Assembly (NCBI RefSeq): GCF_006345805.1
Contig: NC_042997.1
Span: forward strand, 25,482,001-25,546,000
Length of the DNA stretch: 64,000 bases
Source of the DNA: Octopus sinensis
Taxonomy: Eukaryota
Direction: 5' to 3'
Positions 1 to 11,954 of the stretch are shown here, piece after piece. The notes below the pieces were generated by a model, which was not told the DNA's origin, ran no database searches, and saw only the letters and a list, made by a program, of their open reading frames with translations. The position numbers were made by a program, and so were the translations under genes. The first letter of the stretch is position 1. The number at the start of each line of letters is the position of its first letter.

Positions 1-72
<72 letters not shown>

Positions 73-80
73 TATATATA
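1..80. repeat. (TA)n microsatellite, representative of dozens of TA/CA tracts in the window
   Basis: Direct reading. Confidence 0.99.
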
Positions 81-1388
81 ATATGTGCTTCAATCACTCC
101 TTCTCACTGTGGTGATCCGACTTCAATATTATTTAATACCCCCCCCTCATTGCATTGACTTTCAATTCTAATTCACAAGAGCTCACGCATGCACAAGGCA
201 ACAACCCATGCACAAGGCCACACATGCACACTTCACGCATGCTGTAACACAAACACATGCACGCGAGCACGCACATGCAAACGGTGAAACGCAAGAACGA
301 AATAGCTCAGTGTTACAGCGTACATGCATGGAAACGGATGGTATATGTGTGTGTGTTTGTATGCATGTATGTATGTATATTTATCATTGTCCATCTATCT
401 GGATCTCTGTTGATAACAATAGTTTCACGTGATTAGTCAAAATGATGATATATTTTTCTATCTGTGTGTAACTCCTTTGCATATTTGATTTTCTACGCAT
501 TTGGCGGTCTTCTTTACATTTCGCTATATAATTATATAGATTGCATGCATACACAAGTGTGTGTGTGTGTGTGTGTGTGTGAGCATGTATATGAATATGA
601 AAGACAAAAATCAGATTTTGATGAAGGACATATCTATCATTTGTATTTTGGTTTATCTGTTGTAGTCTCATCTCATGCTTTAGCTCTCTCTCTTTATCTT
701 TCTCTCACTTTTCTCTCCCTCTCTCCCACATAAATTTCTCTTTTTCTCTTACTCTCATCTCCACTGTCTTTCCATCTTTCATCTTTTACATGTCATATGT
801 TTATTTTCAACGTCCTTCTATGCAAAATGCAAAATTATTCTCGAAACCACTTTTGTGTTATTACTTTTTTTTTCTCATTATTGTAAGTGTATATATTTAT
901 TAACATATGTTTGTGCGTTTTCTATCTATAGTTATCTCTCCATCTTTTCAACAATCTAGCTCACCAGTTATCCCTCTCAATCTTCCCTATCTTTTCCTCT
1001 ATGTATCCATGTGTCGCTCTCTATATATCTATTTGTCAATCACTATGTCTGTCGATGATTATTTTATTCAATCATTGTCCACAAGCTTTGATCGTGATGT
1101 CGTCATCATAGGTTTCATTTATTTCTGCTTCTGGTATTTCGATTGTGCAATAACTCCAATCTAATATTTTGAATTGCCAATTGAAAATACATTGATAAAA
1201 AAAAATATATCTACAAACACTATATGAGGTAGGAATGAAACTGCATACTACATATAGAAAATCACATATATACATATATATAAATATATTGTATATCGTA
1301 TGCACATAATTATGGATACAAATATATAAATACTTACACATACACGCACGCATGTATATTTATGAATTTATATATATATATATATATA

Positions 1389-1433
1389 TAAGCATTTACA
1401 TTTATATGTAAATACGTAAATATATTTTGCATA

Positions 1434-1495
<62 letters not shown>

Positions 1496-1541
1496 ATATG
1501 CAAAATATATTTACGTATTTACATATAAATGTAAATGCTTA
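1389..1541. repeat. Inverted repeat with ~42-bp unique arms flanking a (TA)n tract
   Basis: aagcatttacatttatatgtaaatacgtaaatatattttgc (1390-1430) is the reverse complement of 1500-1540. Confidence 0.9.
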
Positions 1542-1611
1542 TTTCTATTTACATAGGCTCACCATGCTCACGCACTTAGACACAAAACCGCACGCACACA
1601 CATACTCACAC

Positions 1612-1642
<31 letters not shown>

Positions 1643-2499
1643 CACACACACACACGTGTGTGTGTATTTGTTAGCGTGATTGTTTACAGAAGTGTTCCAT
1701 GACTAATCTATTTTCGCATGTAACATGAGTAAATTGTTCCAAACTTTTATAATTACCATTCCAACCAATTCCAACCAATTACGCCACGAACATACCATCA
1801 AGACTACCACCACCACCATCACCATCACCATCAACACCACTTCCACCACTACCTCCTCTGCAACTAACGCCAGCACCGTTCTTTAATGTAGTAAATTTAT
1901 TCATTTCATGTATGATATTTTGCACTTTATTTTGATTATCAGACCGAAAACCAAAAATAATAAATAAACAAGATGTGATTTTCGGATTTGATAAGTCGTT
2001 GTTTAATATTTCGAGGATATCTCAACAAAACATGATAACTACACGTAATGTTTGAAAATATTAGGACAAATTGTGAAAAAAAAAAGTTCTATTTTTCTTT
2101 TATATTCTATATCATACATAAAAGCTGTTAAACATTAAAGACATTTGTACACGGTATTAACACTATCATATCATCGTCTGTTTCTTTTTTTAAATATTCT
2201 TTTTGTTTTGTTTTGCAAGGTTTTTTTTTCGGCTCTCTAGTTGTGCGTGTACATATGTTTTCTTTTTAAATATTTTCTTTGAATATTTTTCGATTTCGCA
2301 TTGTTCAACTTTTGAGTCACTGAAATGGAAATTAAGATTACATTTTTATTTATATATTTATAGATATTTATAGATGTTTTAAAAAATTACTTTTGTTGAA
2401 TTTTTTTTTTTTCGAGATATATTTTTTTCATCCTCAATGTGACATGATAAGAAAGATTGTTTTCATAGAATACATTGTTCAGTGAAATCTTTTCCTCTA

Positions 2500-4440
2500 A
2501 ATGAATGCCAGAATAACGGAGGCCTTTTTCTATTTAGCCCCTGGTCATTCTTCTCCAATCAGTCCTATAGCAACCAGTTAGTCATGCCATCTAAGGTCCA
2601 GTGATCCACAGATCCAACTTTTGTATTATATCCATGCTGCACGCTGCAACATTAATAAGGAATCATAAGAAGTGCAATGTTATAGTCGAGCTATGCTATA
2701 CACGCTCTTCTGTCAAATCTATTGCGGTAAGATCGTGAATTTGTATGGCAACAGAACCAGTAATGTTGGACCCGACCATACAGCAACTATGGCGGTTCTT
2801 CTGCTTTTAATTTTAGTAATTTGTATCCTAATGAAATATGTGTGACGAATAAATCCATTTATATTATTATATGTATACGTAACTAATGCTTGTTATTGAC
2901 TGGAGGCGTAGCATTTTTACGATGTTGTAGGTATACCCTGGAATGTTGGATATGTGACGGAGTACTAGAAGTGGTTTTGCTATAGTAGTAGGGAGTTTGG
3001 GGTTGAAACTTACGGCGGCAACAAGCCATGATCCGAACATGTTAAGGTCAGCTTTTGGTTTTAGTACTTTTCGTTGTTATGTAAGTCATTATTGAAAATG
3101 TGTGATATCTGTTTACAAACTGACTTGATGTATAAAATGATTTTTTTTCTTTTTGCCTCTAGTTTTTGTAGTGTATAGAAAGAAACTGGTGTTTCTGGCA
3201 CGATTGGCATAGTTCTTTTTAATTGTTTTTATTGACATAATTCATTATTATACATTGTTCTTGCTGTTATTACCCAAATGCAGTACAGTGATTGCTGCAA
3301 ATATATTTGTGAGTCTTTTGGCTTTCTTTTGTCTGCGTGCTGTAGACCATTTAAATCTGTCGCGTTACTCCTATCGTTTTTGTAATCGGTGTGTTAATTT
3401 GTAGAGTGTAATGTTTTGTAATATTTAGTTAACTGTAGTATAAATAGCAAGAAGGAAAATATTGTATTCAGTTACACATCAAGGATGAAAGTCAAATTAA
3501 ACAGGGTTAGATTAGTTGCGAACCAATGTAATGATAATTGTTGAAGAACGTGAAAGTAATAACATCTGCATTTGCAGTTGCCTGCATCTTTTTGGCGGGG
3601 TGAGAAATTTGTATGCAGATACATAGGATACAGAGCATGTGAGAAGATGGATTGTTATGCTGCTTCATTTGAAGATTACGCGTTATGAGTGTAGCCCCAT
3701 TTAGAACTGATAGTGTTACATGTATTACGAAGCTAGCATTTAATGTTTCTTTTAAAGTGGCATTTACTGTAGAACCACCAAAGAAAACCGAAATCTTTGC
3801 CGATATCATGGTTATAAGAAGTGTACATTTTGATATTTTAGACACCCGATATCTTACGGGCTAAGTTTGAGTACTGTGGTAAGAATCTATGCTACCATAT
3901 GGATAGAGGGATGTATGGATTAATGGCGTCGGAAATTAGACTTTCTGACAGTTGTAGGGTCGGATAGAGAGTAACAGATCTGTATTATATTACTACACCT
4001 GCTTAGTTTTTTTTAATCTTCGGATTTAGATTTGTAATGGTATTGCTCTATTTTCATAATGGGAGCATTCAAGTATTGCTACAATTTGATTTGAAGGAGT
4101 TTCAGTGCAGTATTTCCTTCAAGTCGAGACATCTTTATTGTATGCTTATGAAATTTGTTTCATACTGAGGCCATTCCTCGATTTGTGCTTAGGTAGCATT
4201 GCAAACATACTGCACAAACATTTCCTCCAGGAGCTACGGTCATACCAATGCAATATGAGCAAATTTTTGAGATGGAAACTGTGCAGAGGTTCGTCGTATA
4301 TACATATATATCTTTTACTTTGTCCGTCACCAACACTTGTCACGTGGTATTGTTATCTTTACCTCCTCGTAAATTGGCGGTTTTTGTCGACCAAACCACT
4401 CAAGGTGTTCAACTTTATAATTCATCCCAGCCGACCGCAA
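2500..4440 (-). pseudogene. Heavily decayed coding-like segment, possibly an ancient LINE (ORF1 zinc knuckle plus APE remnants)
   Basis: Minus strand is A/C-rich and free of microsatellites; only weak motif remnants (C..CIQISHPAK.C-like near 3590-3630, NIPGYT near 2935, WICGSLD near 2600) with many stops. Confidence 0.25.
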
Positions 4441-4497
4441 TCCGATGATAAGACAAGTAAATAAGTTTATCATACTGTATTTCTCATATAAATAATA

Positions 4498-4751
4498 AAT
4501 AAATGCGCCCTTTTAAAGCGTAACCAGGGTCATGGGTTTGGTTTCCCGCTTTCAATGGCCTATGTGTTCCCCAGCTGGACGGGACACCAGTCCATCGCAG
4601 CGTTACTCATTTTTGCCAGCTGAGTGGACTGGAGCAACGTGAAATGAATTGCTTTGCTCAAGAACACAACGCGTCGCCCGGTCCAGGAATCGAAACCACA
4701 ATCTTACGATCATGATGCTGACAACCTAACCACTAAGCCATGTGCCTCCAC
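4498..4751 (-). mobile_element. tRNA-derived SINE, family B
   Basis: Reverse-complement copy of 5435-5694; tRNA-like head with A/B boxes and body ttgtgttcttgagcaaa...ccactcagctggcaaaaatgagta. Confidence 0.9.
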
Positions 4752-5434
4752 GTATTTATCATAGAAGGAAAAGAAATTAAATCTTTATCTAGATGAATGG
4801 TGTGTACCTTTCGGTTTGTGCATCTTATGCGGAAGTTGGTGGGTATGTTTCAAGATATATCTGGCAAAAAACTCTACTTCTTACTGTGGGTAAGTAGGAT
4901 ATATAGTTTAGATACGTCCGCAATAGTTTTGGTGAAAACACCCATTCAAGTACTCTTTCACACGCACACACTCTCTCTCTCTCACACACGCGGATAAATA
5001 TGTAAATGCGCATATATACCTGTATATATGTGTGTATGTATCTCTGTATGTGTCTTTGTGTTTGTGTGAGTGTGTGTGTGAAAGAAAAATGAGCTATGAG
5101 AAATAGCGATGAGAGGCTAGTGTCATATTGCAAAACATCCAATGCGGATATGTTTGTTAAATGCCAATAAATCGCTGGTTTATTGAAATTACCTCCGCTT
5201 CCAGTGAAAGTAGAACAATAGTTGGAAGGGAAATGGGACCTACTCCAAATGAGAAAAGGAAATATCTTCAAGAACCAAGTATTCTCTATCAAAGGAGATA
5301 AAAAAATCGCTTTATTGTCTGGAGGCAAGAGGGCAGCTAATGACACATGTTTCTCTCCTATCTAATATTCAGCAAATCGAAATGCTTTACAAGAAAGATT
5401 AGAAGAAATTTATGTCCTAGGTAATCAACCAAAG

Positions 5435-5694
5435 GTGGAGGCGCATGGCCTAGCGGTAAGGGTGTCAGCCTCATGATAGTAAGATTGTGGTTCCGATTCC
5501 TGGACCGGACGATGCGTTGTGTTCTTGAGCAAAACACTTCATTTCACGTTGCTCCATTCCACTCAGCTGGCAAAAATGAGTAATGCTGCGATGGACTGGG
5601 GTCCCATCCAGCTGGAGAACACATACGCATTGAAACCGCGAAACCGGGCACATGAACCTGGCTAGGCTTTAAAAGGGCGCATTTATTATTTTTT
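5435..5694 (+). mobile_element. tRNA-derived SINE, family B, with 12-bp TSD
   Basis: A box TGGCCTAGCGG, B box GGTTCCGATTCC; TSD TAATCAACCAAA at 5422-5433 and 5695-5706. Confidence 0.92.
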
Positions 5695-5874
5695 TAATCA
5701 ACCAAAAGGAACGAAACAACGAAACTGAACTTACAAGAGTAAGTTAGGGTAACAAGTTTTATGCAATTGAGCAACGAAAATTAATAAATACAAATAGGTA
5801 CAAATAAGATTATAATTACACAGTGAAATTACCCTATCGATATCTAATGTTTATACCATCCATATCTAATATCA

Positions 5875-6255
5875 GTGGAGGCGCAATGGCCCAGTGGTTA
5901 GGGCAGCGGACTCGCGGTCGTAGGATCGCGGTTTCGATTCCCAGACCGGGCGTTGTGAGTGTTTATTGAGCGAAAACACCTAAAGATCCACGAGGCTCCG
6001 GCAGGGATGGTGATGATCCCTGCTGTACTCTTTTACCACAACTTTCTCTCACTCTTACTTCCTGTTTCTGTTGTACCTGTATTTCAAAGGGCCGGCCTTG
6101 TCACTATCTGTGTCACGCTGAATATCCCCGAGAACTGGTTAAGGGTACACGTGTCTGTGGAGTGCTCAGCCACTTACACGTTAATTTCACGAGCAGGCTG
6201 TTCCGTTGATCGGATCAACCGGAACCCTCGTCGTCGTAAGCGACGGAGTGCTTCC
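5875..6255 (+). mobile_element. tRNA-derived SINE, family A (resembles octopus OR1-type), with 9-bp TSD
   Basis: Head ggaggcgcaatggcccagtggttagggcagcggactcgcgg...ggtttcgattccc; near-identical to copies at 8335, 24543 and 35036; TSD ATCTAATAT at 5864-5872 and 6256-6264. Confidence 0.93.
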
Positions 6256-6978
6256 ATCTAATATTAATTTTTGTTCATTTTTACCAACAGGGAGAAATAA
6301 AAGACAGACATGGGAACGCAGTGTGATTTGAACACAGAACAGTGAATGGAAGAACTAAATCAATGCTTTTAGACAAACTGTCCCAGTTACTATCATTCTA
6401 TCATAGTTTAGGTGAAGAATTATGAAACACATACTGGCATGGTGTCCTGTTATGCTCTTAACGCTCTCAGAGCAAATACTAATGGGTTGAGTCTTGTCTT
6501 TCATTTATCTTATTTCAGTTGAATAAGTACAAGTGACAGTCATCTCGATTATATAGTCACCATCTCACTATGACAATAGAACTTGTGTTTAATAAGTAAG
6601 CACATTATGCATAAGAACAGCAGAAAATTGTACCACATTTCTCAAGTATCGTACACTGGCCGTCTTGCTATAAACCGAAACCCACGCATTATTTATCTTA
6701 TTAATAACCACCGTTTCTCTATTCTGTATTTTGATGATCTTAAATTACTGCATTGTTCACGATGGTTTTCTCATCCGCTTAATCCCGATCTAAAGATGAA
6801 TTCAGTGTGTTTGAGAAAAGATGCCACGGCTATGAGACAGGAAGCGCACTGTTAATCTGAGATAAAGGCTTCCTTTAATTTATAGAGTTAAAATAGTACT
6901 CTAAAAATATTAGTCAGCAAAAATACAAGAAGTTGTTTTCAGAGCGGAAATAAAACATGGCTTCGTAATAATAAAATA

Positions 6979-7096
<118 letters not shown>

Positions 7097-7190
7097 TCTC
7101 CCCTAGGTGTATGGAAAACACTCGGCGAGAAACGGAAGAAAATTTGAAGAAAGAAGGAATAAACATAATAATAATAATTATAATAATAAT

Positions 7191-7403
7191 AATCCTTTCT
7201 TTTCTAGGTACAAGGCCTGAATTTTTTGGGAAGGGAGCCAGTCGATTTGATACACCCCAGTACGCAACTGGTACTTAATTTATCGACTCCGAAAGGATGA
7301 AATGCAAAGTCGACCTCGGCGGAATTTGAACTCAGAACGTAGCGACGGGCGAAATACCGCTAAGCATTTCGCCCAGCGCTAACGATTCTTCCAGCTCGTC
7401 GCC

Positions 7404-7405
<2 letters not shown>
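7191..7405 (-). mobile_element. SINE family C, tail type 2
   Basis: On the minus strand: aaggcg..gagctgg..gaatcgttagc...ttctgagttcaaattccgccgaggtcgactttgc..ttcatcctttcgg..tcgataaattaagtaccag; many copies in the window. Confidence 0.9.
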
Positions 7406-7445
<40 letters not shown>

Positions 7446-7449
<4 letters not shown>

Positions 7450-7918
7450 CATACTCTGGGATATGCCGATACACACAGATAGAGAAATTAAGGCCAACAG
7501 ACCAGATATAGTTGTCAGAGATCATGAAGGAAAAAAATGCTTTCTAATTGATGTATCAATACCGGCAGATGACAACGTGTCTCTAAAAGAAATGGAGAAA
7601 CTTTCAAAATACAAAGACCTGGAAATGGAGGTAACCAGAATGTGGAATCTAAAAACAGAAACAATTCCTATCATAGTAGGTGCATTAGGCATGATAAAAT
7701 AAATATTCAGACAAATACATAATAAAAACACCAGGACTTACAAACACATATAACATATAGAAAATTGCACTACTAGGAACTGCACACATCCTACGCAGAA
7801 CACTTTCCATACAATAAACATCAGAACATCACAACAAATCACAGCACATACCTAAGGCACATAGAGCTGCGCTCGGTAGTGAAGCGAAAGCACGCTATAA
7901 AAAATAAAACTACTGAAT
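7446..7918 (+). mobile_element. 5'-truncated R4/Dong-clade LINE (restriction-like endonuclease end plus 3' UTR) inside (TAA)n
   Basis: ILWDMPIHTDREIKANRPDIVV...LIDVSIPADDN...EKLSKYKDL...PIIVGALG; near-identical to the 3' end of 40986-43794. Confidence 0.93.
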
Positions 7919-7984
7919 AATAATAATAATTATAATAATAATAATTATAATAATAATAACAATAATAATAATAACCAACAACAA

Positions 7985-8138
7985 CGGTTTCTAATTTTGG
8001 CACAAGGCCAGTTTTCAAACGGCAATTATTGTATAGACTCCGAAATGTTGAAAGCCAAAGTCAACTGCGGTGCAATCAGAACTCAGGACGTTAAGTATTT
8101 TGCCCTGCGTCCCTCAGATTCTATTAGCTCGCCGTTTT
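7985..8138 (-). mobile_element. Degenerate SINE family C
   Basis: ggcacaaggcc...aaagtcaac...gaactcaggacg...tagctcgccg matches family C. Confidence 0.7.
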
Positions 8139-8202
8139 AATAATAACAATAATAATACAGTTTTCAAATTTTAGCAAAAGATCAGCAATTTCGGGAATTG
8201 TC

Positions 8203-9031
8203 ATAGAAAATATCATTGTGAGATATGATACAGACAGTACAGTGGATGATAAATACGCTACAAAATCACCAGGCATTGATTATATACGAGATTTTCTTAT
8301 TGCAGTTTGTATTAAGATATCATTATTCGACTACGGTGGAGGCGCAATGGCCCAGTGGTTAGGACAGCGGACTCGCGGTCATAGGATCGCGGTTTCGACT
8401 CCCAGACCGGGCGTTGTGAGTGTTTATAGAGCGAAAACACCTAAAAGCTCCACGAGGCTCCGGCAGGGGATGGTGGTGATCCCTGCTGTACTCTTTCACC
8501 ACAACTTTCTCTCACTCTTACTTCCTGTTTCTGTTGTACCTGTATTTCAAAGGGCCGGCCTTGTCACACTCTGTGTCACGCTGAATATCCCCGAGAACTA
8601 CGTTAAGGGTGCACGTGTCTGTGGAGTGCTCAGCCACTTACACGTTAATTTCACGAGCAGGCTGTTCCGTTGATTCGGATCAACCGGAACCCTCATCGTC
8701 GTAACCGACGGAGTGCTTCCATATTCGACTACAGGTGCCTGGCTCAAAGTTGACAATGAAGGATTTATAATCACTGTATAGGAATGGTCTTACTCCAAGA
8801 AAACACAAATATGGTAGAGAATAGAAAAAATATATAGCAGAACGAACAAAAATACTCAGAATTTATGTTCAGATGTGGAGGAAATTATCTATCCTATATA
8901 TTTCACGAATATTGAATCTTAAGCAAAACAATGCATTTATACGTATAAGTCTCTAGCGTATATCAACAATAGCAAATAGCCTTTTTAGGGAATACTTAGC
9001 TATATCAAGGTATTTTCTATAATCAATAAAC
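8203..9031 (+). repeat. Left copy of a ~490-bp locally duplicated segment, interrupted by a family A SINE
   Basis: Homologous to the reverse complement of 10654-11140; third short piece at 11657-11713. Confidence 0.88.
8335..8721 (+). mobile_element. SINE family A with 11-bp TSD
   Basis: TSD TATTCGACTAC at 8324-8334 and 8722-8732; the empty site is present in the paralogous copy near 11010-11025. Confidence 0.95.
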
Positions 9032-9690
9032 AGTGATCACATCGAGCCCGGTGATGAAGTGGTAATTTTCTCATCGACACTGAAAAGATGAAAGGCCAAA
9101 ATATCGACCCCGACGGCGTTTGAACTCAGGACGTGAACTCAAAAGAAAAAGTCTCTAAGCCTTTCACCCGACGCGGTAAAGATTCTCCTAGCTCATTGTT
9201 TTAATAATAAAATCAACAGTAATAATAATCCTTTCTACTAAAGGCGCAAGTTCTAAAGTTTTGGGGGAGGGGTTAGTCGATTACATCAACCCCATTATTT
9301 CACTGGTATTTATTTCATCGACCTTGAAAGGATCAAAGACAAAGTCGACCTCGGCGAATTTTGAACTCAGAACGTAAGGACGGATGAAATGCCGCGAAGC
9401 ATTTTGCCAAGTGCGCTAACGATTCTACCAGCTCGCCGTTTGAATAATAATAATAATAATAACAATAATAATAATAATATTCTTTTCGAATATAGGCACA
9501 AGGCCTGAAATTTGGGGGAGGGGGATGCTCGATTACATCGACCACAGTGTTTCACTGGTATTTGACTTATCGACCATAAAAGGATAAAAGGCAAAGTCGA
9601 CTCTGGTGGAATTTGAACTCACCGTTATGTCGGGCGAAATGCCTTTAAGCACTTTGCCTGGTGTGCTAACAATTCTGCCAGCGAGATGCT

Positions 9691-9692
<2 letters not shown>
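9032..9692 (-). mobile_element. Three consecutive SINE family C copies (about 9032-9200 degenerate, 9227-9440, 9478-9692) separated by (AAT)n
   Basis: Repeated aaagtcgacct..ggc/ggtggaattt.gaactc...gctaac.attct.ccagc motifs. Confidence 0.85.
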
Positions 9693-9766
<74 letters not shown>

Positions 9767-9768
<2 letters not shown>

Positions 9769-10090
9769 TCTTTTTATTGGCCACAGGGCTGACACACATG
9801 ATTAGTAACATAAAGGGACAAAACAGGACGAAAGGTTACAAAGGGTTTTGTCCGTTTTTGAAAAAATCCGAGTAAAAATTGTTTAACAACGAAAGATTAT
9901 AACAATGAAAAAACTCCCAATAGGGGAAGGCGCTTTGAAAGGTTCCTGGTGGAAAAACCCCATAAAAGCCAACGGGAGCCTGGTCAAAATGGGGGTAGAG
10001 AGCCCCTTTCTCCTTTTATAAAACCTTTTTCAATCACAGTCGAAACCTGAGAATTGGTCCATTTATACTGGCCATTCTCAAAGAGAGCGA
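9767..10090 (-). mobile_element. Probable 3' end/UTR of a Tx1/L1-clade LINE
   Basis: Minus strand ends ...RMASINGPILRFRL* followed by a UTR ending gtcctgttttgtccct...agccctgtggccaataaaaagaa; clade assignment is inferred. Confidence 0.45.
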
Positions 10091-10107
10091 ATAATAATAA
10101 TGATGAT

Positions 10108-10308
10108 TATTTCAGATTTTGGCACAAGGCTAGCAAGTTTGGGGGAGGGGTTAAGTCGATTGCATCGACCTCGGTACTCAGCAGGTACTTATTTTATCGA
10201 CCCCGAAGAGATTGAAAGCAAAGTTGACCTCGGCGGGATTTGAACTGTGATCATAGTGATGGGCGAAATGCCACTAAGCATTTTTCCTGGCATTCTAATG
10301 ATTCTGCG
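10108..10308 (-). mobile_element. SINE family C, tail type 2
   Basis: ttttatcgaccccgaaga...aaagttgacctcggcgggatttgaac matches family C. Confidence 0.85.
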
Positions 10309-10653
10309 ATAATCATATCCATTTCAATGTCATTGTGTTAGAACACTGAATACCGCGTTATTTACCGCGAGAGGTCCTTTCATATTGTCTCGTAGTGCAT
10401 AAAAGCACTCGTATTTATATCGTTGCTAGTCTAAAGCCGTCTGCTACGGCCGCTGGAACTGCCAGACGACGTGATTTTGCTCTACTTGATTTCCTCAGTT
10501 GCAAACGTCCAGTAGCGACATAACAGTCATATCAACCCACAACGATATATAGAATTTCAAAGTCTTTCCAGGCACTGCTTTACCAGATAACCAGTGTGCT
10601 TATTATGAAAAATGAATCACAAGAGAAATTTTGTAGAATTATAAACCTTCAAC

Positions 10654-10847
10654 GTTTATTGATTATAGAAAATATCTTGATATAACTATATATTCCCTAA
10701 TAAGGCTATTTCATATTGTTAATAACTGCTAGAGACTTATACATCTAAATACATTCTTTTGCTTAAGATTCAATATTCGTGAAATATATATGACAGATAA
10801 TTTCCTCCACACCTGAATATAAATTGTGTGTATTCTTGTTCGTTCTG

Positions 10848-10918
<71 letters not shown>

Positions 10919-11140
10919 TCTATTCTCTGCCATATTTGTGTTTTCTTGGAGTAAGACCATTCCCATACAGTTATTACAAATCCTTCGTTGTGAAATTTGA
11001 GCCACGCACCTGTAGTCAAATAATATCTTTTTACAAACTGCTATAAGAAAATCTCGTATATAATCAATGCCTGGTGATTTTGTAGCGTATTTATCATCCA
11101 CTCTACTCCCTGTATCATACCTCACTATGATATTTTCCAT
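10654..11140 (-). repeat. Right, inverted copy of the 8203-9031 segment with an internal (TA)n expansion
   Basis: Reverse complement aligns along its length (gataaatacgctacaaaatcaccaggcattg, ggaatggtcttactccaagaaaacacaaatatgg, tttcacgaatattgaatcttaagc). Confidence 0.88.
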
Positions 11141-11224
11141 AACCGGGAATCAATAGATGAATAGTGCTGGTAAAATCTGCATTCTAAAAATTGCGTAACA
11201 TCTTGAGAAGCTGTACTCTGAGCA

Positions 11225-11655
11225 TCAAACCCGAGATCCACATATTAAACTGTTGTTTGCCCAGTGTTAATGTATGGAAGTAGGACATGGTGTTTAACTT
11301 CAGAACTAAGTAGGCGCTGGGAGAGCTGTGAAAAGTGGTTCTTAAGGAGTACATTGAGAATCATTCGGTGTGTAATGAAGAATCATTGAGAATCATAGTG
11401 TGTAATGAAGAAGTGATGAACCTGGCTGCGGTAAATAGGGCAACTCTTCCTGTGATATGAGCCAAGCAATTAAGATTTTTGGTTCTTGTGATGAAAAAAG
11501 AGAGCCTGGAGAATTTAGCGATACTCGGAAAGATTGAAGGGGCAAGAGGGAGAGGAGGGAGGAAGATGTTATGGATGTCGAGCTTAATGAACTGGCTGGA
11601 AGAAAGCGGCATTAGACATCAGGAAATAGAACTGTTACTCAAAAGAAAGAACAGA
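11225..11655 (+). mobile_element. RTE-clade LINE 3' fragment, decayed
   Basis: PVLMYGSRTWCLTSEL..RWESCEKWFLR.TLRI and LVMKKESLENLAILGKIEGARGRGGRKMLW are typical RTE C-terminal motifs. Confidence 0.85.
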
Positions 11656-11954
11656 TATAAATACGCTACAAAATCACCAGGCATTGATTATATACGAGAT
11701 TTTCTTATTGCAGGATATGGTCCCATATCTAATCGTTTTCATAGCTCAGTTTTTGGTGTTTTCAAATATTTCTGCTGGTGTTTTTCTCCGTCCCCACTTA
11801 GGGATGTTTCTCAAGAGGATTTATGCAAAATTTTCTTCTTTTCTTTATATTTTCTTAAGGTTTTCCTGTAAATTTTACTTTATATTATTGCAAGCAAATA
11901 GTTTTCTTGATTCAGGAGTCATGCACTTCATATTCGTTGTCCTTATATTTTATA

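Noticed and set aside
2740-2830. Minus-strand peptide ITKIKSRRTAIVAVWSGPTLLVLLPY resembling a GPCR TM4 segment
   Set aside because: No other GPCR motifs in frame and many stops nearby
5877-5952. tRNA-like sequence with A and B boxes
   Set aside because: It is the head of a SINE, continuing into the SINE body, and lacks a proper acceptor stem
8218-8673. 151-aa ORF and similar ORFs at 5959, 24639 and 35112
   Set aside because: Chance open frames in SINE family A
7191-10308. Repeat-spacer-like alternation resembling a CRISPR array
   Set aside because: Units are ~200-bp diverged SINEs with microsatellite spacers in animal DNA, with no cas genes
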